A stretch of DNA of 58,313 nucleotides from Sphaeroforma arctica JP610 (Eukaryota): positions 57,704-116,016 of the forward strand of contig NW_014040356.1 of assembly GCF_001186125.1 (NCBI RefSeq). Reading direction: 5' to 3'. Position numbers and translations under genes: made by a program. This document shows, piece by piece, positions 11,250 through 25,204 of this stretch. The number at the start of each line of letters is the position of its first letter. Within the stretch, counting starts at the first letter, position 1. The notes under the pieces were generated by a model. That model saw nothing but the letters and a program-made list of their open reading frames with translations, was not told the DNA's origin and did no database searches.

Positions 11250-12929
11250 AGGCACAGCATGAGCAAGGCCACCACGGCGCTGCCGATACTGTCCAACAGT
11301 TACAACAGAACAGATACGTTTGGCCGGGGGCATCAGAACTGGCTACAGAAATTAAACGGCAGTGTGGACAGTGTTTGGGCCAGGATACCCTACGTAAAGG
11401 CTTCCATCCGATGATAAGCATGGACGCGAAGTACCCTTGGGATCACATTCAGGTGGACAATATTACAATGCTGGTAACGTCCACAAGACAGATTAAAGTT
11501 ATCCTCCATGTATTAGACGGGGCTTCCGGCTATTCGAACCTACGTGCTACGCCAGATAAGACTAAGGAAACCACCGCGTAGATGTTGTTGTCTATCTTTG
11601 GCGACCATGGCTTCCCTCGCAAGCTACAGACTGATATGGGTAATGAGTTTACGAACAACATGGTCGCCCTCATAGTCAAGGCAGTGGGTATACTTCACAA
11701 TGTATCGCCACCTAATAGACCACAGGTGTTGGGGGCAACGGAACGTCGGCACAAGGAGATAACATGTTCAATACGCATCGTCTATGAGGCAGTACCCCAA
11801 GCATGGGACGAACGCCTCCCTTATACAATGATGTACCAGAACTTGTTTTAGGCAAAAGCGCGCCGTTTAGTGTTTATTTCGGCCGTCGACACGTGCCGTT
11901 TGCGGATTTCACCGATGACGTCCCAGAGCAACAACCGGTTACTAATGACACGTGGGCACTACGGTTGGATCAGCTCCAGGATACAATTTTGTCTACACTG
12001 CATAAGATCACTACGACCTATACGGACAAATTGGCGAAGATGTTTGATCGGTTACACGCCCATGACTTAGTCCACTTTGATGAAGGCGACGTCGTGATGG
12101 TTGTTAGAGTGTAAGATGGTAGTCTTTGAATAAAGCGTAATTGTATATCTTTATTTACAACCTCACCTTTGGTTTTATACTCAAGGTGTTTGTGCTAGTG
12201 TTCAACCGCTTGGGTTGGCCAGGGTGAAAAATCAAATGGTCAGTATGAGAACCTTTTGCAGAACACTTTAACACTTAGATATTGTTCTATAGCATAATCT
12301 CTGCTACTCGCTCTTACGCCGATCAATTAATGTTGCGTGGCTTTCAGAGCAATTCTCTCCTAGGTATCGGCTTTCGGAGCAATGCTCTCATAGGAGCAAA
12401 TGTATTATTAACATGATGTGGTTAATAATTTGATCCGCTTTTCGGAGTGACGCAACTATTGTGATTTCATTCAAGAAAAAGAGTTTTCTTGCTATTGAAA
12501 CTTGCTTGAGATCTGTAGTCTCTCAATGGTGAAATCGGAGGGGCGAACTTCCAAAGCCATGCGCCCACTGTTTGGCCCATTTGTAGTTAAAGGCCGCAAC
12601 GGTCAAGGTTATGACCTTACACATAGAGATGGATCCACTCCCAGGAGCTTAAGGGGAAGTCGGTACGGGTTGAGTTACTACGGTTGGTCCACCGCAGTAC
12701 AGACCCACCGTTGAACGATGATCTTTGGGAAGAAGGCGGGCCAGCGTTCCGTCACATCATCAAACATAGGACAAATGATGTTACGGGTAAGCTCGAATAC
12801 CTGGTGCGTTGGCATGAGGGGGTGCCGACGTGGGAAACGGCCGAGGCCTTTGACGACACTAACGACATTGTGGCATATCACAAAGATACACAGACAAGAG
12901 CTCGGAAACGCCGGAGAGACCAGTTATAG
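11250..12929 (+). pseudogene. Gypsy B integrase with HHCC finger, GPF motif and chromodomain, interrupted by a solo LTR
   Basis: HEQGHHG...CGQC, LDGASGY, QTDMGNEF, GPFVV, EYLVRWHEGVPTWE. Confidence 0.9.
12102..12525. mobile_element. Solo LTR of another family nested in Gypsy B
   Basis: TG...CA termini with a 5-bp target-site duplication ATGGT (12097-12101 and 12526-12530). Removing it restores GDVVMVKSEGRTSK...GPF. Confidence 0.88.
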
Positions 12930-13140
12930 TTAGAAGATAATTTTGTAAGTTACGTGTACTTACCGTTTAGTCACCAGCTCGAGTGGTGAACAAATAGCCG
13001 AGCCCTCTAGCTCTCGGAGGTTAAATGCCAGCACAATGCTCTAGCTCTCTAAGGATAAATGCCAGCACGCAACCGCTTTCAGGGCATTCCTTCAATCTTT
13101 TAAGCTCGCACACTTGTGGTGTTTCAGCTTGGGGGGGGGT

Positions 13141-13551
13141 TGTAGTCAGGAAGTCCTGATAGGGTTTATTTAGGATTAGGGGTTATTTGATATTTGAGTT
13201 TTTATTAGAGACTACATTTGAATTGGGTTTATCCAATCAGGTTAAAACTGATTAACGGAAAGCACATGACCAAAATAATAGTCATAGGATTTCAGTTCAA
13301 GAAATGAACATCATCTCCCCTTGTACGAGGGGAGTACGTTGAGATACAGTTATCCCCGACTACTTACTACATTATTATGACGGTCCAGAATACAATTTAT
13401 ATACCACCGGTCCTGATGACTTGGAACTGTGCACCTGAGCCTAATATGTATTGGACAGGTTGAGGCCATGCCTGTGGCGCATACCACACATACAGTTAAC
13501 GCCACGGTGGAAACAAGGTTAACGACACGACAGTATCCGACAGTTTACGAC
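13141..13551 (+). repeat. Putative 3' LTR of Gypsy B
   Basis: Begins TGTAG right after a G-run PPT. The 3' end is not determined. Confidence 0.5.
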
Positions 13552-14199
13552 AGTATTCACCAGTCGGTTGCCTGTTGAACACTGTCACACCCTCATACCT
13601 AGCCAGCTGGATAGCGTTTCTGCTAAATTTACGATTGTCGTCGGAAGAAAACTGATTTTTGCTCACGACCCTAATCCAGAGGGCCGTGATTTGCTCTCAT
13701 TTTTTTTCTCAACTTGGGGTATAGTCAAATGTGATGCATATCATAGCCAACCGATTTTTTTGGAGGTTCTTCCGCTACGGAACCATAACTATGTTCAATA
13801 GCCCAAAATTTAGGTATGGAAGTTTGCCGTTAAAAATAATGGCTGTCTGTGAGGTTAATCAGATTATTCTCCCACCTGATTGGTGGAAAAAAAGTTCAGG
13901 CGAGGTACGTGTTGCAATATTACATTGAGTCAACCGGTGTACGAGTAAATGTCTGGTGTTTCGTATCAGTTTAATTATGGTATGCTTACAGACTTGTAAG
14001 GCGCAATGCAGTGGTCATAAGTGAAAGGTTCAGGGGTTGCTCACATGCACTCTGTGCTGGTGTGCTTGCCAGGGTTCTTGTCGTTAAGCGGCAGTGGCAC
14101 CAACGCTAGTCAGCAAGCGGCCGCGGCTGGCACCCAGGATACGTCACTGAACGAGAGACTTATCGACAATAGATTTATAGACGAGTGAAACGCATTCCA

Positions 14200-15720
14200 A
14201 TTTATTTTTGCGAAGATGCTTTTGGTAGCAAGGGAAGTTTGATGACTTCACAGCAGACAAACAAAATCGACTAGGGAAACTAATACGTTCATGTATGAAA
14301 GTTGCGAAAGTGTTATTCCCTGATAATTACAGCACTTTTATATTTAAGTGCGTCGTCAAACACGAGTCGATCTTAAAAAGAAGATTGCAGAGCTTCACGA
14401 AGCTTTGTCTATGGTTTCGAACGATGATACACGACGTGTTGATATGGCATTGCTGACACAGGTAGCCAAACCCACTAAAAAAAAACAAAGCGAACACCGG
14501 AGCGTCGTACCACCGAAGATATTGACGAGGATCCGGCAGAGGACGAACCTACATATCAGCGTGAGTTGAAAGATCGAAAAGTAACTATACCTAACTTCCG
14601 CCCTACAGAATACACACTCGAGAATAAGGACTTTAGTCTTCTCGTAGCAGAAGCAGAAACGAAGGATCAATTATAGACCATCAACAATGCACGATATACA
14701 TGATAAGGCTTACAAATGTGTTGAGTACATACTTGATGATAGTATCTGCGCTACAACAGCCTTCGGAAGAAAGAAAGTTTTCAACGGTGAAGTGATTGTT
14801 GATGCGCCCAAAGTGAATAGGCGTCTGCCAATAGCAAAGTTGTACTTAGCGTATCAGGCATACTGCCAGTCCAATGATAACATATTCATATGTAAGTCTA
14901 ACCTTTTCTGGATAGCTAGTGAGTTGACTAATAGAGAGAAGCAGACACTCAATGGTGTCGACCATGTTGCGCAATGATACTTCTACAATGTATTTGAGAA
15001 AGAAGCAGTGGTGAAGGGTATATACATCGAAACAAATGAAGATCAAGAAGTATACAAGACTATGAAGGCTAGGCTTGGCGTCCTATTCGATTTCATGATA
15101 GACGTTCACAATTAACACATACGTATTCTTAACTGTGCCGGTGCGGCAGCCCATTGCACTATGCGAGCGGTAATGGATGATGAGCACCCCGTACCGCATA
15201 ACCATGAGTGTGTCGAATGCTCTGGTGCTCAGAAGCCATCGAATATGCTATACTTTTGCAAGAAACAGACGAAGTATCATACGACAAATATATACGTGCT
15301 CTTGAGTATTGCACTAGAGGGTTTGTTCATGTTTGTCGAGGTGAACACCAACAGAGAGGGTTCGATGATAGTAGGAAGAAGCTGAAGGAGGACGAGCTAT
15401 ATATATATAATAAAGGACTTCCGTGTGAAATATCTCAGAAATCAGCAATACAGAGGAAAAAGGATAATCATATGGAAGCACATATATGAGCACACACACC
15501 ACAGCCGTATTGAACAGAATTATCAATATAGGAGACGATGATGAAGAGCGCGTCACAATGACATGTGAGTTTATTGATGTTATAACCAAAGATAGTACGA
15601 GTCAGAACTTGTTTCAGATTTTTTGTGATGTTGAAGCTGCGCTGTCGCCAATACGTTAAAACCCAAATACGACCACAAGCATAAATAGTATATCCAAAGT
15701 GACGGTGCAAGAAACTAAGT
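14200..15720 (+). pseudogene. Highly degraded ORF, possibly a DDE DNA transposase remnant
   Basis: Stop-riddled coding-like sequence with a Cys/His cluster (AHC...HNHECVEC), FIDVITKDSTSQN and YIQSDGARN* motifs. Confidence 0.3.
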
Positions 15721-18003
15721 CAGTGACATAACGACGATGTCGCTTCTTCGCTTGTGTTCCGAATATGTATTTGGGTTGTTAAAATACCTACACAACGAAA
15801 GATGATTGTGACCGGCATGCGTCACATTTGAAACGCATACGCGATCGGCACCTTGATGGGCTGTACAATTATCGGTTCCCGACCAGGTTACTCGTAAACA
15901 CACACTTCGTAGATGGGCATACATTCTCGTGATTCTTTTTCGGTGCCATATTATGCGAGTATGCTATTGAATATTGATCTAAGCTCTTCGTCAGAGTCGA
16001 GGCGACTCTAAATAACAGCTGATACAAAGCTCTGCCACCATCACAAGTTATCACAAGACCCCTGCCTTTAGCCCTCTTCACCGTTGTCTTCTTCTTCTTC
16101 TTCCCGCCGGCGATAATACCTCCGATCAATGCCAAAACAGCGCTCGTGTCTTTAATCTTGCCTACCGATACTTTGTACAGTTAACCCGGAGTGATAAGAT
16201 TGTACACACAGGTGTAAGCACACTAAGTGTCAATCGTTTGCAACAGGAGATAACCGCAGAAGCACATCAATCACTAGTAGTTGCCGCTGGTTTAATTCCA
16301 TGTGAGAAAGTGGCCGAATGTTTACATAGAAATGATTTTTTAGATGGACACGTATGTATAGACACCGACACACCAGTTACAGCTTCAACACAGTTAGTAG
16401 AGGTTGCACACCCAGATATGGGGATACGCCAAAGATGGTGATATGCATATGGGTGATGTGCGCTACGCATCACACACCGCATATGTATCAGGTATAAAGT
16501 GACATATATACGCCGACGCAAGTGAGAGATGACATATCAGATCATTAGCAATTACAAGCTCTCTTTGTTGGTCTAATGGTGTTAAAGATATGGAGGTGCT
16601 GCTGAGCCCTTATTGTGCACTAACTAAAGTGCGACTGCAAGAGCCATTAAGCGTCTTCATAAACACCGCCGGCACTAAGATTGATCTCATCAAGCGGCTC
16701 ATCAGATAGGGTGCCAATGAACTTTATTCGGCCGCCGATATTCCATAGTTTACACGCTGAGATTTTCCACGTTGCAGTAACGAGGAAAGTACAAACGCAA
16801 ATAATTTATAATTTTGTAATATTGAGCCGCATAGTTCACTGAGCAACTTCTAGCTATTACGACCAACAGAAAATCAACACAGAACTATAGCAGCTGAAAG
16901 TGGATGGAATATCTGTCCAACACCAACTATCTACGCGATCCTTCATTGCGACTTGGCTCTAGGAATATGTCTGTTATCGAGCTCGGTAAGAAGCGCAACA
17001 CAGAGACCCAGACTATGTATGTACACGCTTGCAATCCGCACATGCTCAGGGAAAGACCCTTCGGTACAGCGCATGACGCATACTGTTACAAGTTTGGCGA
17101 TGATGCAGGACTATAACTACAGAGTACAACTTCCCGATGATAAAACTAACACTAGAACCAACAACACACACACAAACAGGGAGAGTATCAGCTCTAGTGC
17201 AGGAGGCAATGTAGTACCAGGCAGAAACTTTGTAGACTACAAAACTATAGGCAAAAAAGCGAGCTCTTAGAACTAGTGCACAGTTGTATATGTGTATGGA
17301 GCCAGCTAAACGTATAGGTACAAGCGATCTGCGCGATCTGTTATTCGAAGCACAGTACACATCAATGGATGACGATAGTCATACAGCACTAGCAAGTCAA
17401 CATGGTTGGATATCTGGAGTCGCCACTTCTGCCAGACTCTACAATTCACTATGGACTAAGAGTTGTAAAGGTCGACCTCTTCCTATACGATACCAAAACG
17501 TTTACGTTACATAAGAAAATACGTTCAAGCGTTAAATGCAAAATGTTAAACAAGTTTAGCTTCAGGTCTCGGTTGTGAGCTAAAAGATTAGGGGAATTTA
17601 GACTGAGACTATTGTCTTTATGCTCCGATCAATTCACTCACTACGTCGGTCTAGATTTGTTTACATTTTAGTTAGTAAAATCAGAGACTATTCCATTTGA
17701 CGCATATATTTCACGCCTCGAGACAATCCTCCAATCGAATCAACTAATGAAATATTTCGAAGCCTAACTCAAGAAAATCAAAAATAAAATCAAAACACTA
17801 AACTGGTGCAGTATACATTTGCACCTAAACACCATCACTTATTATCTAGCTCCCTATTTCATTTAAGGCATAAACGGACACATCTAGTTTGCTCGCTAGG
17901 AGGAGTCAGGATCATGTTGTCCTAAATATTGACAATTGTGATCTTGTCCTATTTCTCAGTTGATTGTTTATCTTGCTCTGAGACTATATTGAATTATACT
18001 GAG

Positions 18004-18473
18004 AAACTATACTTAATTCAAATTCTGTCTGATATCCTCTGTTTTGGTACTCCCAGTATGTGGAGTTATCAGAAGTGTCACATTCAGGTTTCAGATTTTG
18101 TCTAAAGACCCAATTTAGATATAATTCCAACTTTAGTGGAAAACAAATAAGCATTGAAAAACCACTAATTGCCCACAGTAGAGTCCCTAGCTCTGATGTG
18201 GACTATCACATGTTCAGAATTTCAAACATCGAAGTTCTAAACTATACTTAAATCAAATTCTGTCTGATATCCTCTGCTTTGGTACACCCAATATATGGAG
18301 TTATCAGAAGTGTCACATTCAGGTTTCAGATTGTGTCTAAAGACCCATTTTAAATATAATTTCAACTTTAGTGGAAAACAAACAAGTATTGCAAAACCAC
18401 ACATTGTCCACAGTAGAGTCCCTAGCTCTAATCTGCACTATCACATGTTCAGAATTTCAAATATAGAAGTTCT
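18004..18473 (+). repeat. Tandem duplication, 2 x ~235 bp
   Basis: aaactatactta...ttctgtctgatatcctctg at 18004 and 18239. The two spurious ORFs MELSEVSHSGFR are paralogous. Confidence 0.92.
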
Positions 18474-18759
18474 TGTTCCTGCTAAATCCGTTTAAACATA
18501 GTCCAGGATTAAAGGTATAAAGGTTTAAACGTTGATACGGTTATAATATACGTTAACATATGCTTCTACTAGAAGGAACTCACTAGTTTTATATCATTTC
18601 GCAACTTTTGTCTCAAGACACTGGAGATGAAGGATGTCTTCAATAGTGGCACATCGGACAACGCCTCCAATGCAATATCTCCAATGAAGAAAACTACAGA
18701 TTACGTACCTGGATGTATGGCACATAAACTAAACCTAGTTCTGAAGCCTAATATACACC

Positions 18760-20240
18760 TATAAATGGTGAGCTTATCACGCCGATTCTTGCAGACGCCC
18801 CTTGAAACACATGTTACCTTCCCTAGAAGATGGCACCCATTCATGCCAAGCCTAAACTCTCCAGATACTTGGGGTTCCCACTCTTCCACATAATACCGGG
18901 GACCAACCTCGCCAGACATATGCAATCCCTGGTTGCAGCATTGTCCCTGGGTATTGCCTCTTTCCGCGCTTATGACTTCTATGGCTTCAGCTGGCGACAC
19001 CCCCGCAGCCGGCTGGTGCTGCTCAAAACATTCATCCTATCTACGGCTACATATGGCCTGAGCATTATTGCCTGGGATCCGCCTATAGGGAAGGATGCGC
19101 TGGACCCCCTGTTCGAGCGCTAAAACTCGGCACTCATCCAAGCAGCAGCCATCATCACGGGCATTCAATATCCTCGGTTTCCCAAACATTAAACAAACTT
19201 ACTCCACTTTTGTGGCCTGTTCCCCACGCGACCATTTGCGGATTACCTCGGAGGTTGCCTGTGACAACAACTCGACTCAATGGCCAGCACAAATCCACTC
19301 ACCCCTCTGACGCAACCCACCTGGGCCCACGACAAACCATCACTGTGCTTCCCGTACAATACCAATGCCCACCTGGAAACTGTATACAAAACCACAAGCA
19401 GGCGTACACCCGACCATGTAGCCCTCCCCCGACACTGTGACAACATTAAGATGAACTCAACGAAACGCTGGTCCAACACGGAGATCGCGGCAATGGCCCG
19501 GCGCTAATACTACTACCAACTGGTCATGGTCAAACCGCCAACCTCAAATCCGGACAAAGCCAGACACGACTATTCAACCGCTGCTTCGAGCCTACACCAA
19601 TCCGGCTCTGAATACGTACATGTTTGCATTGCTCGACTACCGCACCAACGGCTGTCTCTGCCCTGTCTGTCCTGTCTGCCCCAGTGGCCACAAATTTATC
19701 ACCAGCCACTTTGCCTGCATTCAACAACTGATCCGACGCATCCTGGTACCCGAAGCTGCCTCCCACTGGTCTCGACCTCCTCCAGAAATTACAGGAGCGC
19801 CACGACTTCCACGGTATCTGGCCCTCCACGAACACCTTGGATCTTTTCTCCAGTATGCAGAACAACCCCTGTACCCACACCCGTCTCTGATACATCAACA
19901 GATGTTCCTCATACCCCGGCTAATCACGCTATTGGAATAAGAATTCCAACTTCGGTCCAAACCAAGTCATTGCGCCTGTTGGTTCCGCCTATGATACTTT
20001 CGATCAAAGCCAATCAGCACACACTGAGTGCAACCAACCGAATTACGACGTATGACCTGGTCCTACTCGGCGTTTCGTACTCTGCACTAACCCATTCCAC
20101 GGCACTACACGGTGCAAACCCGATTCGTACCACAAAGGTGGGTACGCTACTTTGTAGGTCAGCAAGCGAATACGTGGCACACTCGATGATGTCAGGATTT
20201 TGGTAGCACCGGCCTTGAGAATTGACCCAGCGTATATCCT
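18760..20240 (+). mobile_element. Non-LTR retrotransposon fragment (RT C-terminus, Cys/His motif, C-terminal domain), degraded
   Basis: Collinear with 26768-28300; RYLGFPL; CLCPVCP...H. Confidence 0.85.
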
Positions 20241-20274
20241 CACGCATCATTATGGACAAAGTACATTAGATGGA

Positions 20275-20385
20275 GATTTAGGACCGGATCAGAGGACCGA
20301 ATCAACAAGAGGAATTTAGGACCGGACCAAGAGGACCGGACCTGAGAGGATTTAATTGAGGACCGGACCAGAGGACCGGACCGAA
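20275..20385 (+). repeat. Short tandem gaggaccgga repeats (possibly within the 5' LTR of Gypsy C)
   Basis: About six ggaccg[g/a]a units. Confidence 0.6.
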
Positions 20386-23300
20386 TAGAAGAATATATAA
20401 TTTAGTGATAGATAAAGATGACTCATCGGACGTCATTAATATTTAGTAACTAGGAGACAATAATCTTAGATACGGAGATATTCACAATCTGCCGTTGTTA
20501 GAGAAAATCTCGTCCCACATAGGAACGTGATTAACAAATACAGCAGACGCGCCGTTCACAGCGGCACATCTGACTGAGTTCACCTATTTCAGACTTAACA
20601 CTCTTTACTAAGCGCTACTCGGTTTTGACTACATTTTTTAGTGACCGAACTACTGTACTTATTATACTGCGTTCTTTAAAGGCTAAATCAACTAAGAAGC
20701 AACTTAGTTTAAATTTCTTTTTTTTAGCACAATGACGGGACCCAATACTACACAGTTACCCAAGGTGGGTAAGCAAGCTTGTGACCGGCTGCTGAAACGG
20801 TTGCTTGCAGCTCTTCACCGTTCGCCCTTAATATGCGCTAAGGTAGAGACAGCAGTTGCTAAGAAACCCGCGCTCGAAGACGAAAAGAAGTAGAAAAACA
20901 CGCTTCACTGACCCGTTTGATCTCGGAAGCCCAACACTCGATTTCTCTCTTGGGGGAAGCTTCGATAAGCGCCGGAGTGGATTTCTGATCAAGAGGGACA
21001 CTTGACCACGATGAGACATGTGCAGGAGGCCACGGAAGTTATTAAACTCATTTGTGAGTAACTTAGCCAACTTCGTGAACTTTCGATTGCGGATATTGAT
21101 ACGTATACGCCTCAGGACTCGGTCCAGACAACATCAGATGCCATTTTTTTTGCCGGATGCTATTTTTTTTTGCCCCAGGACTCGGTCCAGGCGCAGAAAT
21201 CGGTCCAGACAATATCGGATGCTGATTTTTCGCCTAAGATCTCGGGCCAGACACCATCGGATGCTGTTTCTTCTGAGCCTCAGGTCGCACCGACATGGAT
21301 AACTCCAACTGGCCAGCTACCTAACAACGTAGTTGACAATATGAAGCAAATCAGCCCGGTGAAACGTAAAACGCACGAAGCCTGTACCTCATGTGATTTT
21401 TTACAATAATATCCACATTACTCGTAGAGAGCGGATGTTGAAGAACGCTCAAAATCGAGCACAAACAATTCCGACCCCTGAAGAGATAACGGCTGACTTT
21501 TGTGATTCGAATCGAAATCAGGAATCGACAACTATGGTGAAATCGCTTGGTAGATTTTTATTTTTGGAACCAGCGGATTTTCACTTGGACATGGACACTC
21601 CGTGGAATCTATCGTCGCGGCAACAGATGAACCAGGGTCAAGTGGCAGCAAACTTATTTCGTGATAAGTTGCAACGTCATCGTCGCCCACGATCGCCAGA
21701 AGAGTTACAGGAGAACTGTCAGGATACTGCGAATGTACCTATTGATACGATTTCATATCGCAAATACTTTCCCGTTCATCACGACCGCTACTTAGAAGAC
21801 CCACAGAAGGTGAAACGCTAGAAACGTTCCGAACCTGCGGAGCCTAGCGACATCAGCCAAGATGAAGATGCAAGTTTTTCAACTGACTCATGGAATGATG
21901 CAGGGTTTAATTCGAGCTTCGAATGAGACTCTGAAAACGTACTCAGCAACGGTCGACAAACGAATACCGAACGAATGGCCGCCTCATCTACAGGGCTACT
22001 ATAATTTGGATAACCCGCAGAAGATAAAGTTGCATCTTAGACTGGCATAAGAATGCACAATTCCATAAGCTAGAACCGGTTCATATGCAAATGGGTTTAA
22101 ACCGAGCTCTACAGCAAGAAGGGGCTTCCAAGGCGCTATTGGATTTTATTGTAGAGAATGAACAAAAATTGCAGTCGATGACTTTTGAAGATGGCACTGC
22201 TTTTATTGTACGCACGCAAGAGCAAGACCTGGAGGATAATGCATACCGGCAGGTGTTAGCGTGCATGAAGCTGAAGCCATCGGTCCCGCTTGGTACTCAG
22301 ATTCATGATTTTGAACGCAAGGTTGAATTCATGGAAATGTGACAGTATGAGAACCCACTACAGGTATACCGCAACCATGGTGTACTTGATCTGGTACGTC
22401 AAGCTGCAGGTGGGCATACTATCGTGTTACTCTTCGAATGCATCCACATTGACGGGACTACTCATCTGAGAAAATGCGTGATGTATTCCGTGTGAACATT
22501 GACAACCCAGAAGAAAATCGTCAGGACAAGCCCTCGCGACCACAACGGATTCCGGGGAACTCGCGATCACATTCGTATTTACGTACGGATGCGAATACAC
22601 GCGCTAACCCGCATGCATCACCTACATCGAATCCTCGGATTCGCTGTCGCTCGTGTGAGCAGAACGTTCCGCCGGGACCAGGACATACAAGTCGATGTCC
22701 TAACCTACAACGACTACTGGTCCAGACCAACACAGGTAGCCATGCACAACATGGTTGGGCTACAGTTCAACGTACATCGGCCATGAACACATCGACACAC
22801 GGGACACACGGTTCGGGTACTAACTTCCGACCTCGTGTTGACTTAGTGGACGGTGATATCGTGCCTGATCAACCGCCAAATGGGACGGGGGAGACTGAAG
22901 TGATGCATATTCATGACTTGGTCGACGAGTCGTATGTACAGAGTGACGATGAGTTGATGGAAGAAAAGCAGACACCCGAAGGTTGGGAAGTTGGAACAGA
23001 TTCGGACTGAAAGACTGGAGTGCCTGATGTGAACATGTGCATGTCCTTTGGTCGTACGGCAACATGAATATTTGCAGTAAAAGATAAATTGTTTCCTACT
23101 GACAACCGTGTATATGTTACTTTACAGGTGAACGGACATGACATGCGCACCCTTATCGACACGGGAGCCAATCGTTCAGTCATCACTCAGTCATCACTCA
23201 GGCATCCGCAGCTAAGGCACAGCTATCTATTACACACCGGCTAAGGATAGTTACATATATTTGGTGGATAAAGCCTTCCGGATTCTATGGTTGGGTAAAA

Positions 23301-23880
23301 CACAAGCAACAAAGGTTAAGTACGGGTCAGCTACTAATGAGGGTTGCACGTTTGAACATATAAATCTACCGGATAACATTGATATAATACTGGGTATGGA
23401 TATTATGGGAGAGCTGGGATTAGGTTTAACCGGCTTAGTATCTTCATTCTCGGAGATTAATCGCAATGTTATGGATGAACTACTGGAACCGATCAATCTT
23501 CGAATAGCCCCAGACATGTCCGAGCCAGATGACATACGGCAACGTTTACGCCAATATCTGGATGCCAATGATACAGTGCTGGATGCGGCTCGCTGTACAC
23601 TACCAGGTAGTGAAGTGTCCCTCCCTATGCCTCGAGATAAACTGCTGGGCTTACGTCGGCAGACATGAAACCTAGTATCTGACAAGTACAACCCACATGT
23701 AACGAAGCAAGTGCACAAATGGGAAAACGAATTGATCACCAATCGTCGAACATCTGTGTCGATTGTTAACCTCTCATTGTTGGTGGTACCATCCTTCACA
23801 CCGTCGGGAGAACTTATCAAAGTGCGGGTATGCTTGGACCTCCGGCAGATTAACGCTCTTATTCCGGGCGATCAATTTAC

Positions 23881-24384
23881 GCTTCTGAAGGTTAACGAGA
23901 TCATCAGCAACTTGAAGGGCAAGCGCTAATATACCACGTTAGATTAACCGGCCGCATACCATCGTTTACCGGTGCACGTAGATTGGCAGCATATGTTTTC
24001 GTTGACATAGAATAGTCAGCAATACCTATTTACGTCGGCTCCCTTTGGGTTGACAACACTCACGTCACAATTTCAACGGACAATCAGTAATTTGATGGCG
24101 GGACTGTATATGCAGTGCTACGTCGATGATCTGCTTCTGAAGGTTAACGAGATCATCAGCAACTTGAAGGGCAAGCGCTAATATACCACGTTAGATTAAC
24201 CGGCCGCATACCATCGTTTACCGGTGCACGTAGATTGGCAGCATATGTTTTCGTTGACATAGAATAGTCAGCAATACCTATTTACGTCGGCTCCCTTTGG
24301 GTTGACAACACTCACGTCACAATTTCAACGGACAATCAGTAATTTGATGGCGGGACTGTATATGCAGTGCTACGTCGATGATCT
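23881..24384 (+). repeat. Exact 252-bp tandem duplication inside Gypsy C RT
   Basis: 23881-24132 equals 24133-24384, including the same stop codons. Confidence 0.93.
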
Positions 24385-25204
24385 GATAATTGCGTCGGAC
24401 GACTACGAGGAACACATCGCTACGGTTCAAGAGGTCATTCGACGCCTGACAGATAACTATTTCAAACTTAATCAGAAGAAATGTTACTTTACTGTGCGAG
24501 AGGTGATGGCCCTGGGAAGAAAGATATTTGCTAAAGACATTGACGTGGATCATGAGAAACAGCAACGATTAATTGACTGGCCAATTCCACGGTGTCAAAG
24601 GGATATTGCGTCTGCGTTAGGATTGGCAAACTTCCTACACGAGCATTTACCTAAGTTTGCACATAAGGTGGCTCCACTACGAATGTTTTCTAAGCTTAAG
24701 CCAAAGGAGCCCATTGGGGATCGTTGGAAACCAGAACATCAATTGGCATGGGATCAGATGAAGGAGGCTATCGTGTCGACAGTCCGGTTGAACTTTCCTG
24801 TTGATGGTATACCACTAAGCGATTATGGTATTGGTGGAGCATTGTTTCAACTGATTGACGGACGCAAACATTACCTGATGTTCTTCTCAAAGACTCTCAA
24901 CAAGGCACAACAGACATATGCAACCCCGATGAAAGAGATATTAGCACTTACCTACGCTCTGGTTCACTTTCATGACCATCTCATTGGGCAGCGGTTCACT
25001 GTGCACACAGATCATAAGTCTCTCATATACATGGACACTCAGCTGAAATTGAATGGTATGTTACAGCAGGGGCACCACATTATTACACAGTTCAATTCTA
25101 CCAATACTCGTGTACATGGAGAACTGAACATGTTACCCGACATGTGGAGTCGAGTTCATGAGGGCACGGCGGATATCAACTACCCCGCGGTGTTCTATAC
25201 GTCA

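Larger units (their letters stand above)
9091..13551 (+). mobile_element. Ty3/Gypsy chromovirus-like element B, 5'-truncated within the protease region
   Basis: RT (CLDMRAVN, LDISAAYH, APFGL, YIDD), RH (TDARDYG, KELLAL, DHKAL), MTase, HHCC finger, IN (TDMGNEF, TERRH), GPF, chromodomain, PPT at 13131-13139 then TGTAG. Right end approximate. Confidence 0.92.

Noticed and set aside
20250..20730. 5' LTR and primer-binding site of Gypsy C
   Set aside because: No second LTR copy and no clear TG...CA plus tRNA-complementary site could be identified.
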